Origin: Bacteroidota bacterium
Lineage (GTDB): Bacteria > Bacteroidota > Bacteroidia > Flavobacteriales_F > PHOS-HE28
Assembly (NCBI GenBank): GCA_018267055.1
Contig: JAFDZF010000120.1
Span: 4,416 to 68,415 of the forward strand
Direction of reading: 5' to 3'
DNA length: 64,000 nt
Positions 36,098 through 44,845 of this stretch are shown here, piece by piece. Below the pieces are notes generated by a model, which saw only the letters and a list, made by a program, of their open reading frames with translations, was not told where the DNA came from and searched no databases. The translations under genes were made by a program, and so were the position numbers. Within the stretch, counting starts at the first letter, position 1, and each line of letters starts with the position of its first letter.

Positions 36098-37933
36098 ATG
36101 CGTGCACTCTCCCTGTCCGTTCTTCTCCTTGTCCTGGCCGGTCCTCTCGCCGCGCAGGAGATCTGCAACAATGCCGTGGATGATGACGGTGATGGTGCCA
36201 TCGATCTCAATGATCCGGATTGCGCCTGTTTCGGCAGCTTGAACAGCGGCGTGCCCTCCCTGATCCCGAACCGCTCTTTTGAAGAACAGATTTGCTGTCC
36301 CTTCGGTTTCGTATCCATGGTGAGCCCTCCTTGGCTCAGTTGTGCCGAAGGTTGGCGACCGGGCACCCAAGGCACCACGGATTACTTCCATAGCTGTGGC
36401 TATATGCCCGAGCCGATGGTGGTGAGACCGGTCCCGGACGGAGAAGGTGTTGTTGGGGTCTATCCCGGGGTTTATACCGGGATCGGTGACGAGAGCGACC
36501 TGTATTTCGAGTACCTTTATCGGGGAGGAGCGGGGTTCGTGTCCTTGCAGCCCGGAACGTCCTATACGTTGGAGGTTTGGTTCGCTCCCACTTCCTCCGA
36601 CGGCCAGCACGAGGGAAGTGCCGGTAACTTCTATGATGGAGCGGTCCGCATGGCCCTGATCGGAGACCTCGAAGGTGCGTTGGCCCCGCTCGACACTCTT
36701 GGTTGCCTGGGCTCCCAACCGGGCTGGACCGAGCTGGCCGTGGCCGATCTGGGTCCCTCCACCACTTGGCAACGGATACGTTTCGATTTCACGCCGCAGC
36801 AGGAGATCCGCGGGATCGCATTGGGAGGCAGCTGCGAGCAACCATTCCCAGGGCAGAAGTTCGTACAGACGATTACCGAGGGTGGGCACACGACCGAACG
36901 GACCTACGACCCCTATGTCCTCATCGACGACCTGGTGCTGAATACCTCCGACCAGTTCCAGCCCGGCATCACCACGACCGGTGCCTGGTGCACGAACGAC
37001 CTGGTGCTGAACGCAACGCTCACGGCCGGTGCCACAGAGGGACAATGGTACCTCAACGGTGTCGCATTGATCGGTGAGACCTTCTCGCTGTTGGACCTTT
37101 CCGGAGCCGTACACGATGGAGGGCTCTACAGCTTCACCCAGCAAGGTGCGGAGGACTGCACTCGTCATGACCTCCACGTACCGATGCGTCCGGCCTTCAC
37201 CTTCAGGCCTGATACCGGATACGTGCCGCTCGAAGTCATCTTCATTGCCGCCGATGGACAGAGCGGCATCTGGGACCTGGGTGATGGCTCCCAACTGGAA
37301 GGCGATACCGTCGTGCATACCTATACCGGAAGCGGCACGTTCACCGTATCCCTGCAACAGGACATCCTGGGCTGTCCCACGACCACGACACATGACGATG
37401 CCGTGCTTGTGTGGCCCTTGGTCCCCTTGCAGATTATCGCCACGCCGCAACCCACGGACGTGAACGATACCGAGATCACCCTCGTTGGGGAAGGACCGGC
37501 CGGTATCGTATCCTGGCAGTGGGATCTGGGCGAGGTGCAACCGCTGACGGCTGAAGGCCAGCAGATCACAGTGGAGTTCCCGGCGGAAGCGGGTAGTTAT
37601 CCGGTGATGTTGGTGGTGAGCGGTGACCTGCGCGAAGCAGAGAACGATACGACCTACTATGATGTGGTGATCCTGCCGGCATTGGGCATCGATCGGCATG
37701 ATGCCCTTGCGGTGACCCTATTGCCGAACCCGGTGCAGGATAGGCTGTATGTGCAAGTGCCGTTCCGGCCCGAGCGCTGGCGCATGCTGGACGCCTTGGG
37801 GCAAATGGTGCAGCAAGGTCGCGGCGACGGCGACCACTTGATGCTTGACACACGCTCGTTGCGGGCGGGCAGCTATCTGCTGGTGCTGGATGCCGAGGAG
37901 CAGGCGGTGCAGGTGCGCTTCGTGAAGGACTGA
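36098..37933 (+). CDS. T9SS-sorted PKD-domain surface protein (hypothetical function)
   Basis: ATG 36098 gives the signal peptide MRALSLSVLLLVLAGPLAAQ. A CNNAVDDDGDGAIDLNDPDC calcium-type motif follows. The PKD-like segment is PLEVIFIAADGQSGIWDLGDGSQLEGDTVVHTYTGSGTFTVSL. The CTD is LLPNPVQDRLYV...GSYLLVLDAEEQAVQVRFVKD. Confidence 0.8.
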   Translation: MRALSLSVLLLVLAGPLAAQEICNNAVDDDGDGAIDLNDPDCACFGSLNSGVPSLIPNRSFEEQICCPFGFVSMVSPPWLSCAEGWRPGTQGTTDYFHSCGYMPEPMVVRPVPDGEGVVGVYPGVYTGIGDESDLYFEYLYRGGAGFVSLQPGTSYTLEVWFAPTSSDGQHEGSAGNFYDGAVRMALIGDLEGALAPLDTLGCLGSQPGWTELAVADLGPSTTWQRIRFDFTPQQEIRGIALGGSCEQPFPGQKFVQTITEGGHTTERTYDPYVLIDDLVLNTSDQFQPGITTTGAWCTNDLVLNATLTAGATEGQWYLNGVALIGETFSLLDLSGAVHDGGLYSFTQQGAEDCTRHDLHVPMRPAFTFRPDTGYVPLEVIFIAADGQSGIWDLGDGSQLEGDTVVHTYTGSGTFTVSLQQDILGCPTTTTHDDAVLVWPLVPLQIIATPQPTDVNDTEITLVGEGPAGIVSWQWDLGEVQPLTAEGQQITVEFPAEAGSYPVMLVVSGDLREAENDTTYYDVVILPALGIDRHDALAVTLLPNPVQDRLYVQVPFRPERWRMLDALGQMVQQGRGDGDHLMLDTRSLRAGSYLLVLDAEEQAVQVRFVKD

Positions 37934-37935
37934 CG

Positions 37936-38970
37936 CTACGACACCTGCTCGCGCACCAGCGGCGCCACCTGCGTGCCGAACAGCTCGATGGAGCGCATCA
38001 TCGTTCCGTGCGGCAGCGTGCCGGCGCTGTACTTCATGCCGAAGCGCGCAAGCCCCAGGGCCTTCACCGTACGGGCGATCTTGGCGGCCACCGTGGCGGG
38101 CGAGCCCACGCAGAGCGCGCCGTCGGGGCCCGCCATCTGCTCGAAGGCCGCGCGGGTCAGGGGCGCCCAGCCGCGCTCCCGGCCGATGCGCGTGTGCATG
38201 TCGGCGAAGTGCGGCCACAGTTCCTCGCGCGCTTGTTCGTCGCTTTCCGCCACGTGGCCGGGCGAATGCATGCCGACGGGCAGCGGCCCCTTGCCGCTCT
38301 CCGCCAGCGCGCGGTGGTACAGGTCCACATAGGGCTTGAAGGCGAGCGGGTCGCCGCCGATGGCGGCGATGATCAGCGGGAGACCGTAGTGCGCTGCGCG
38401 CACCACCGAGGCCGGCGTGCCGCCCACCCCGATCCAGGTGCGCAGGTGGCCCGAGGCCGTGGGCGGGTACACCCGCTGGTCTTTCAAGCCCGCGCGCGTG
38501 GTTCCGTTCCAGGTCACCGGGCCCTCTTTCAGCAGTTCCGCGAACAGGTCCAGCCGCTCCTCGAAGAGCAGGTCGTACTGGTCGAGCGCGAAGCCGAACA
38601 GCGGGAAGGATTCCGTGAAGGACCCGCGGCCCACGATCACCTCCGCACGGCCATTGGACACCGCGTCCAGGGTGGAGAAGCGCTGGAAGACGCGCACGGG
38701 ATCGTCGGAGCTGAGCACGGTGACGGCGGAGCCGAGGCGGATCCGCTGGGTGCGCGTCGCGATCGCCGCCAGCAGGACCTCCGGTGCGGACACCGCGAAG
38801 TCCTCGCGGTGGTGTTCGCCCACGCCGAAGAAGTCCACCCCCAGGCGGTCGGCGAGCTCCGCTTCGGCCACGATATCCCGCAGCACTTCCGCATGGGTGC
38901 GCGGCGTGCCGTCCGCGTTCACCGTGACATCCCCGAAGGTGTCCAATCCGAGCTCGATCCGTTGGGCCAT
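37936..38970 (-). CDS. LLM-class (luciferase-like) flavin-dependent oxidoreductase
   Basis: MAQRIELGLDTFGD...GVDFFGVGEHH...RIRLGSAVTVLSS, a typical LLM TIM-barrel N-terminal pattern. 344 aa. Confidence 0.85.
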   Translation of the reverse strand: MAQRIELGLDTFGDVTVNADGTPRTHAEVLRDIVAEAELADRLGVDFFGVGEHHREDFAVSAPEVLLAAIATRTQRIRLGSAVTVLSSDDPVRVFQRFSTLDAVSNGRAEVIVGRGSFTESFPLFGFALDQYDLLFEERLDLFAELLKEGPVTWNGTTRAGLKDQRVYPPTASGHLRTWIGVGGTPASVVRAAHYGLPLIIAAIGGDPLAFKPYVDLYHRALAESGKGPLPVGMHSPGHVAESDEQAREELWPHFADMHTRIGRERGWAPLTRAAFEQMAGPDGALCVGSPATVAAKIARTVKALGLARFGMKYSAGTLPHGTMMRSIELFGTQVAPLVREQVS

Positions 38971-38974
38971 GGGC

Positions 38975-38982
38975 CGAAAGTA
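38975..38982 (-). promoter_or_regulatory. -7-like box TACTTTCG (revcomp of CGAAAGTA) for the LLM oxidoreductase gene
   Basis: It lies 4 nt upstream of the ATG at 38970. Confidence 0.45.
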
Positions 38983-39036
38983 GGCCCGCGTCCGCGGCGT
39001 CCCGGCCGACAGGCGCTATCCGGCGGGAGAGCGGGG

Positions 39037-40812
39037 TCAGTGCTTCACGATGCGTTGCATCGAGCGGCCGTGGGCGGTCTCCGCCAGCAGGCCATAGGCG
39101 CCCGGTGGCAGGGAGGCGATGTCCAGGAAGAGGCGGCCGTCCGCGTTCACCGCGCCATCGTGGAGCAGGTGCACCTCGCGGCCGGTGGCGTCCACCAGGC
39201 TCAGGCGCACGCGCTCGGTGCGCAGGTGGTCCAGCGCCACCACCAGCAATGACGACGTGGGGTTGGGGAAGACCTCGGCGATCACCGGCCCCTGCGGGTC
39301 GGTCACGGCCGTGTGCATGTCGAGCACGCGGAACCGCCACCAGCCTTCGGGCGCCACCAGGGGGCGCACCTGCACCTTGCCGCTGTTGGCCGTGGCCTGG
39401 ATGTAGTAGTACAGGGTGGTGCCCGCCGGATGCGCGGGGATGGCGGAGGTCCAGATGTCGTCGGCCTGCGCCGCCATGGGCTGGTCGGTGAAGGGGCCGT
39501 CGGGCGAGACGGCCCAGAACAGGTGCGCCGAGGCGATGCCGCTCACGTGGCGGATATAGGCCGACACCGCGTAGGGATCCTCCGTATCGTAGGTGTCCGG
39601 CAGGTGCTCGTGGCGGATGAGCAGCGGTTCCTTGGCGCCGATGGCCTTGGTGATGCAGTGGATGGCGCCGCTGGCCTGGATGATGTTGTTCTGGCCGTCG
39701 TCGCAATCGATGCCCACCACGCGGTAGCCGGGCAGCGCTTCGCGCAGGATGCGCAGGCCGGTGGTGTCGTACTCGGTGCGGTACGTGGGCACGAGCACGG
39801 TCCGGTTCACGAAGACGTTGTTCGCATAGGTGCGGTACGAGGCGTTCGGCGGATAGGCGCCGCCGGCGCTCGGGGGCATGGGGATGCGGAGCAGCTGGTA
39901 CGGCGAGCCGAAGGTGTTGGCATGGGTGTTCAGCACCGCCTGCACGTTCAGCTCCAGCTGCGGGCCGTCGCTCTCGCCCTCGGGGAACTCGCCCACGAGC
40001 AGGGTCTGTTCGTCCAGCAGCTTCATGTGCATGTCGATGTGGTGGATGCCATCGAAGGGCAGGGTCTCCATCTTGATGTAGCGGCCCGGCGCGATGCCCA
40101 TCCATTGGGTCATGATCGCCTCCACCTGCGCCTCGGTCTTCACGGTCTGGTTGAACTGGCCGTCGGGCCCGTTCTCGTCCAGCACCAGGTTGCTGCTGAA
40201 GGCGGTGCCGGCCCCGTCGCACATGAAGTTGCCGCCGGTGTGCACCAGGTCGTTCGGTGCCTGGGTGGTGCTGTAGATCGGGATGCCCTTGTGCGCCGCG
40301 ATGGCGTCGGGCAGCACATCGTCGTCGGGGCGGGGACGGTTGTAGATCCAGTCCAGCAGCATCAGCGTGTCCACCTCGTTGCGGTAGATCGTCTCCGCGC
40401 CGTAGTCGCGCATCCAGATGCTGTTGAACGGCGCCTGCATGAAAGTGATGTTCGCCAGGTCGGGCAGGGGGCCGCCGTTGCTGCCGTCCTCCAGGGTCGC
40501 GGTCACCGCCGCCGGATCATCGCACACGATCAGCACCTCGCATTCGTCCTTGGCGTAGCGCACGATCTGCTTCAGCACGCCGGGGTAGTCGGTCCAGCAG
40601 ATCACCAGCGTCTGGATCTCCTCCCACTCGGCCATGGTGCGCACGGGGAAAGCGGGCGGCTCCTGGATGCCACGCTGCAGCCCGGCCCGGCTGTCGCGGT
40701 AGGCGGGGATGCGCTCCAGCTCCCAGGGGGCGAGCGTATGGGGCAGGGTGGGGTGCTGGGCGGACGCGAACAGGCTGAACGCGCACGCGGCGAAGGCGAT
40801 CGAACGGGTCAT
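39037..40812 (-). CDS. T9SS-sorted agmatine-deiminase/Porphyromonas-type peptidylarginine-deiminase family enzyme
   Basis: ATG 40812 gives the signal peptide MTRSIAFAACAFSLFASAQ. Guanidino-modifying motifs are present: SIWMRDYG, HTGGNFMCDG, GIHHIDMHM, and the catalytic Cys in GAIHCITK. An Ig-like middle domain and a CTD (VFPNPTSSLLVV...GAYGLLAETAHGRSMQRIVKH) follow. Confidence 0.8.
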   Translation of the reverse strand: MTRSIAFAACAFSLFASAQHPTLPHTLAPWELERIPAYRDSRAGLQRGIQEPPAFPVRTMAEWEEIQTLVICWTDYPGVLKQIVRYAKDECEVLIVCDDPAAVTATLEDGSNGGPLPDLANITFMQAPFNSIWMRDYGAETIYRNEVDTLMLLDWIYNRPRPDDDVLPDAIAAHKGIPIYSTTQAPNDLVHTGGNFMCDGAGTAFSSNLVLDENGPDGQFNQTVKTEAQVEAIMTQWMGIAPGRYIKMETLPFDGIHHIDMHMKLLDEQTLLVGEFPEGESDGPQLELNVQAVLNTHANTFGSPYQLLRIPMPPSAGGAYPPNASYRTYANNVFVNRTVLVPTYRTEYDTTGLRILREALPGYRVVGIDCDDGQNNIIQASGAIHCITKAIGAKEPLLIRHEHLPDTYDTEDPYAVSAYIRHVSGIASAHLFWAVSPDGPFTDQPMAAQADDIWTSAIPAHPAGTTLYYYIQATANSGKVQVRPLVAPEGWWRFRVLDMHTAVTDPQGPVIAEVFPNPTSSLLVVALDHLRTERVRLSLVDATGREVHLLHDGAVNADGRLFLDIASLPPGAYGLLAETAHGRSMQRIVKH

Positions 40813-40833
40813 GGCGCAACAGGGGGATCCCTG

Positions 40834-40841
40834 CCAAGTTA
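40834..40841 (-). promoter_or_regulatory. -7-like box TAACTTGG (revcomp of CCAAGTTA) for the deiminase-like T9SS gene
   Basis: It lies 21 nt upstream of the ATG at 40812. Confidence 0.4.
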
Positions 40842-40890
40842 GCCGGGCGCGGACGCCATGCACGCCCGGGATGGGCCCACCCGATGGAGC

Positions 40891-42315
40891 CTACGCCGTG
40901 GCGTGGCCCCGCAGCCAGCCGAAGAGGGTCACCACGTCGCGGACGTACCAATAGGTGTCCTGCCCACGGCATACGCCGGTCTTCACGAAGGGAAGCGTGA
41001 AGAAGCGGGGGCGGTTCAGCAGCACCAGGGCGCGCTCCACGTTGCCGTCCCAGCGGTGCGGGTCCAGGTCCAGGTCCTTCGCCAGGCGCTGGGCGTCCAT
41101 GATGTGGCCGGGACCGGCGTTGTACGAGGCCAGCACGAACTTCAGCCGCTGGTCGGGGTTGGGCACGCTGCGCTTCCAGATGTCATCCAGCTCCGCGAGG
41201 TAGCGCGAGGCCCCCCGGATGTGGCTGTTCACTCCGCCGGAGCGCTCCACGCCCATCATGGCCGCGGTGGCCGGCATCATCTGCATGAGGCCGCCGGCCC
41301 CCTTGTGGGAGATGGCCGCCGTGTCGAAGCGGGATTCCTTGTAGGCCACCGCTGCCAGCAGTTTCCAGTCCCAGGCCAGGCTGTCGGCATGCACCTGGAA
41401 GAGGCTGTCGTAGGGCGAGATCGTGTCGGTCCCCAGGGCCAGGGCCTTGAAGGAGCGCACCGGTCCGCGGGCGCCCAGGCCGTTATCGTACGTGGCGATG
41501 GTGGCTTCCCGCGCCTCTTTCTCCTGCGGCCGGGCCAGCCAGGTGTCCAGCGCGTTCAGCAGCTTGGGGGCGTTGGTGCGCACGGCGAACACCAGGGGCA
41601 CGGAGCGGCCTTCACGCGGCTTGAAGTCGACCAGCGGCAGCCGCTTCGCCTCCATGGACGCCGTGGCGTCGCTGGTGAGCACCGTGGAACACTGTCCGAT
41701 GGCGGCGCAGGCCAGCACTTCCTCCGGCAGCCCGCTGTCCACCGCGAAGGTCCAGGTGCTGTCGCCCACCAGCAGGTGGCCGAGCGAGTCGAGGAAAGGC
41801 GACCAGCGGCTTACGATGAGGGTGTCGTTCGGCCGGGGAGGCGGGGCCGGGTCCTTCTTCTTGCGCTGGGCGCCGTTGGAGCGTGGGCCCGCCTTCACCG
41901 AGGCCACCTGGCGGTAGGGCTTGCTGCACTTCACGTACCGCGCGGCCCAGCCGTCGGGCGTGAGCTGCGCGGCCATCACGTCGCCGCGGCCCTGCTGCAG
42001 CATCAGCAGCATCGTGTCGGGGTCGTCCACGGGGACGGCCTTGATGGGCAGGTGCTCCTGTTTGGCGAAACGCCGCAGCAGGTCCCATTCCAGCCCGGTC
42101 TGTGCCCCGGGGCGGCTCTCCCAGCTCAGCGGGTCGCGGAGCACGAGCACGCGCACCGTGTCCTGCTTGATGCTGGCCAGGTCGCGCATGACCAGGGGAC
42201 GCGCCCAGACGCGGCGCCCCTCGTGCGGGTCTGCGGGTGCCTGGCGTTCGCCCATGAACACCAGGCCGAACAACAGGGCGAAGACCCCTGTACCGATGAT
42301 CTCACCTTTTCCCAT
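40891..42315 (-). CDS. MltF-like membrane-bound lytic transglycosylase (solute-binding-like domain + SLT domain)
   Basis: N-terminal TM helix. The C-terminal SLT domain has AVAYKESRFD...GAGGLMQMMPATA...ASYNAGPGH (catalytic Glu in KES). Confidence 0.82.
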   Translation of the reverse strand: MGKGEIIGTGVFALLFGLVFMGERQAPADPHEGRRVWARPLVMRDLASIKQDTVRVLVLRDPLSWESRPGAQTGLEWDLLRRFAKQEHLPIKAVPVDDPDTMLLMLQQGRGDVMAAQLTPDGWAARYVKCSKPYRQVASVKAGPRSNGAQRKKKDPAPPPRPNDTLIVSRWSPFLDSLGHLLVGDSTWTFAVDSGLPEEVLACAAIGQCSTVLTSDATASMEAKRLPLVDFKPREGRSVPLVFAVRTNAPKLLNALDTWLARPQEKEAREATIATYDNGLGARGPVRSFKALALGTDTISPYDSLFQVHADSLAWDWKLLAAVAYKESRFDTAAISHKGAGGLMQMMPATAAMMGVERSGGVNSHIRGASRYLAELDDIWKRSVPNPDQRLKFVLASYNAGPGHIMDAQRLAKDLDLDPHRWDGNVERALVLLNRPRFFTLPFVKTGVCRGQDTYWYVRDVVTLFGWLRGHATA

Positions 42316-42886
42316 GGATGTGGGTGATATGGTGCAACAGGTCGGTCAGGAAGAGCAGGCATTCCTCGCGGAACGCGTCCAAGTGTCGTTCGAGCACGGT
42401 TTCGGCGCCGGCGAGCGCGCCGCCGCTGGGCACGCGCGCGGCCAGTCCGCTCAGGGCGCGGCCGATGCCGCCGATGGTGGCATAGGACGTCAGCCAGTCG
42501 CCGCGCACCATGTAGGGCAGCATGCGCTGGGTGGCGTCGGGCATCAGGTGGGCGTGCGCCGTGAGCAGGGCGTACATGCGCTGGGCGTACACCGGCAGGG
42601 GCGTGGCCGACAGCCGGTCCCACTGGCTGGCCAGGCCGTGGTCATAGAACAGGTCCAGCGCCACCCCGGCGTACTTGCCGCAATGCGCCCGCAGCCGCTC
42701 CCGCCCACGGAGGGTGAGGGGGTGGTTGTCGGTGTAGGTATCGATGGCGCGGTGCAAACGGATGCCGTGTTGCAGGCCTTCGGCGTAGCGGGACAGGTCG
42801 CGCCCCTTCACGCTGTCGGCCATGAAATTGCCCGTTATCACGAGCGGGTCCTCTCCCGATACGTACAAATGCCCCAGGAAGTTCAT
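42302..42886 (-). CDS. acpH: acyl carrier protein phosphodiesterase
   Basis: ATG 42886 gives MNFLGHLYVSGEDPLVITGNFMADSVKG...GIRLHRAIDTYTDNH, the AcpH family N-terminal signature. It overlaps the mltF-like start by 14 nt. Confidence 0.85.
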   Translation of the reverse strand: MNFLGHLYVSGEDPLVITGNFMADSVKGRDLSRYAEGLQHGIRLHRAIDTYTDNHPLTLRGRERLRAHCGKYAGVALDLFYDHGLASQWDRLSATPLPVYAQRMYALLTAHAHLMPDATQRMLPYMVRGDWLTSYATIGGIGRALSGLAARVPSGGALAGAETVLERHLDAFREECLLFLTDLLHHITHIHGKR

Positions 42887-42984
42887 CCGTGCTGCCGGGC
42901 AAGATATCCTTCCGCCCGCCCCGCCTGTGCCGCCGCTCATGGAACGGGGGCTGCGGCGCAGGGCCCGGCGGGTAATTTGGCGCC

Positions 42985-44076
42985 ATGTCCACCCGGTCGC
43001 GCCGCCTGCTGGTCTACTGGTGCACCCAGGTGGTGGCCTGGGGCCTCTATGCGGGGTTGTTCGGCTTCCTCACCTGGGTGAACGGCACCTACACCCGGGA
43101 AAGCGGCCAGCTGCTGCTCTTCACCCTGGCGATCGGCCTCGGCAGCAGCCATCTGTTCCGTGCCATCATCCTGAAGCTCAGGTGGATCGATCTGCCCATC
43201 GGGGCCTTCATCCCCCGCCTGGCCTTCGCGGCCCTGGTGCTCGGGGGCATCACCGGCCTCCTGCAGGCCGCCCTGCACGACGTGGGCTTCCCCGATGTGG
43301 AGCCCGTCCTGAACGGCCGCCCCGCCCGCCTGCTCGAGTTCGTGCTCAGCTGGGCCCTGCTGCTCTTCATCTGGTCCATCGCCTATGCGGCCTACCACTA
43401 CTTCATCCGCAGCCGGGGCGAAGAGATCCGCGCGTTGCGCCTGGAGACCGCCAACCGCGACACCCAGCTGGCCAACCTGCGCAGCCAGCTGAACCCGCAC
43501 TTCATGTTCAACGCGCTCAACGGCATCCGGGCGCTGATCGACGAGGACCCCGCCCGCGCCAAGCAGGCCATCACCCAGCTCAGCGCCATCCTGCGCAACG
43601 CCATGGCCACCGTGAAGCGCCGCACCGTGCCCCTGGGCGAGGAGATCGATATGGTGAAGGCCTACCTCGCGCTGGAATCCATGCGCTTCGAGGAACGGCT
43701 GCGCGTATCGTTCGACATCGACCCCGCCCTGGAGCGAGAGCCCGTGCCGCCGATGATGCTGCAGACCCTGGTGGAGAACGCCGTGCGCCACGGCATCGCC
43801 AAGCGGACCGAAGGCGGTGAGGTCTTCATCAGCGCACAACGCGGGGTGAACGGCCTGGTGCTGAGCGTCCGCAATACCGGCCTGTTCGTTCCCGGCCAGG
43901 TGGAAGGCACCGGCATCGGCCTGCGCAACACGCGCGAGCGCCTGGAGCGCATCTACGGCGAGCAGGCCATGCTCCACATCCATAACAGCGACGGCATGGT
44001 GGTCACCGAACTGGAGATCCCCGCCTCCGGTGAACGAGAGACCTTGACCCCCGGCACCCGCACCCAAAGACCATGA
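42985..44076 (+). CDS. LytS-type sensor histidine kinase
   Basis: Multi-TM N-terminus, then LRSQLNPHFMFNALNGI (His_kinase/LytS H-box) and HATPase_c motifs (VENAVRHGI; NTG...GTGIGLRN). Confidence 0.87.
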   Translation: MSTRSRRLLVYWCTQVVAWGLYAGLFGFLTWVNGTYTRESGQLLLFTLAIGLGSSHLFRAIILKLRWIDLPIGAFIPRLAFAALVLGGITGLLQAALHDVGFPDVEPVLNGRPARLLEFVLSWALLLFIWSIAYAAYHYFIRSRGEEIRALRLETANRDTQLANLRSQLNPHFMFNALNGIRALIDEDPARAKQAITQLSAILRNAMATVKRRTVPLGEEIDMVKAYLALESMRFEERLRVSFDIDPALEREPVPPMMLQTLVENAVRHGIAKRTEGGEVFISAQRGVNGLVLSVRNTGLFVPGQVEGTGIGLRNTRERLERIYGEQAMLHIHNSDGMVVTELEIPASGERETLTPGTRTQRP

Positions 44077-44777
44077 AAGCACTGATCATCGACGATGAAC
44101 GCTTGGCCCGCAAGGAGCTGTCCGGCCTGCTGGAGCGCTACGACCACGTGGAGGTGGTGGGGGAGGCCGCCAATGCCGACGAGGCCGAGCAGCGCATCGC
44201 CGAGCTGAAGCCCGACCTGCTGTTCCTGGACATCAACATGCCCGGCCGCGATGGCTTCCAGCTGCTGGAGGCCCTGGACCTTGCGCCCCACGTCATCTTC
44301 GTCACCGCCTACGATGAGCATGCGGTGCACGCCTTCCAGGTGAACGCCCTCGACTACCTGGTGAAGCCCATCGATCCCTCCCGGCTCGATGCGGCCATCG
44401 CCAAGCTGCCCCGCCTCGGCGACGGGCACCAGCGCGAGGTGCTGCACCTCGAGGACCAGATCTTCCTCAAGGACGGTGAGCGCTGCTGGTTCGTGACGCT
44501 GAAGGACGTGCGCCTCTTCGAGAGCGAGGGCAACTACGTGCGGGTGCGCTTCGCCGACCAGAAGCCCCTGGTGCTGCGCTCGCTGAACAACCTGGAGAAG
44601 AAGCTGGACCCGCACGTGTTCTTCCGCGCGAACCGCAAGCAGATCATCAATCTGCGGTGGGTGGACAAGATCGAGCCGTGGTTCAGCGGGGGGCTCAACT
44701 GCAAGCTCACCACCGGCGAAGTGGTGGAGGTGAGCCGCCGGCAGGCCGCCCGCTTCAAGGAGCTGATGAGCCTCTGA
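44073..44777 (+). CDS. LytR/AlgR-family response regulator (REC + LytTR DNA-binding domain)
   Basis: MKALIIDDE...DLLFLDINMPG (REC domain, phospho-Asp). The LytTR C-domain has FRANRKQIINLRWV. There is an ATGA overlap with the kinase gene. Confidence 0.92.
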   Translation: MKALIIDDERLARKELSGLLERYDHVEVVGEAANADEAEQRIAELKPDLLFLDINMPGRDGFQLLEALDLAPHVIFVTAYDEHAVHAFQVNALDYLVKPIDPSRLDAAIAKLPRLGDGHQREVLHLEDQIFLKDGERCWFVTLKDVRLFESEGNYVRVRFADQKPLVLRSLNNLEKKLDPHVFFRANRKQIINLRWVDKIEPWFSGGLNCKLTTGEVVEVSRRQAARFKELMSL

Positions 44778-44845
44778 TCGGCCCATGCAACGGTCCGGCG
44801 GCGGCATGCGTCGCCCGGTTATCTTGTGGTTCCAACCGTTGCGCC

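Noticed and set aside
35780-37699. A 639-aa minus-strand ORF antisense to the lower-GC PKD/T9SS gene and reaching into the hisS 5' region
   Set aside because: Its triplets are codon-aligned with the sense gene (both phases are congruent to 2 mod 3). Stops can therefore only arise from sense TTA/CTA/TCA codons, which the gene avoids until CTA at 37718-37720. The translation is low-complexity, whereas the sense strand has a signal peptide, a PKD domain and a T9SS CTD.
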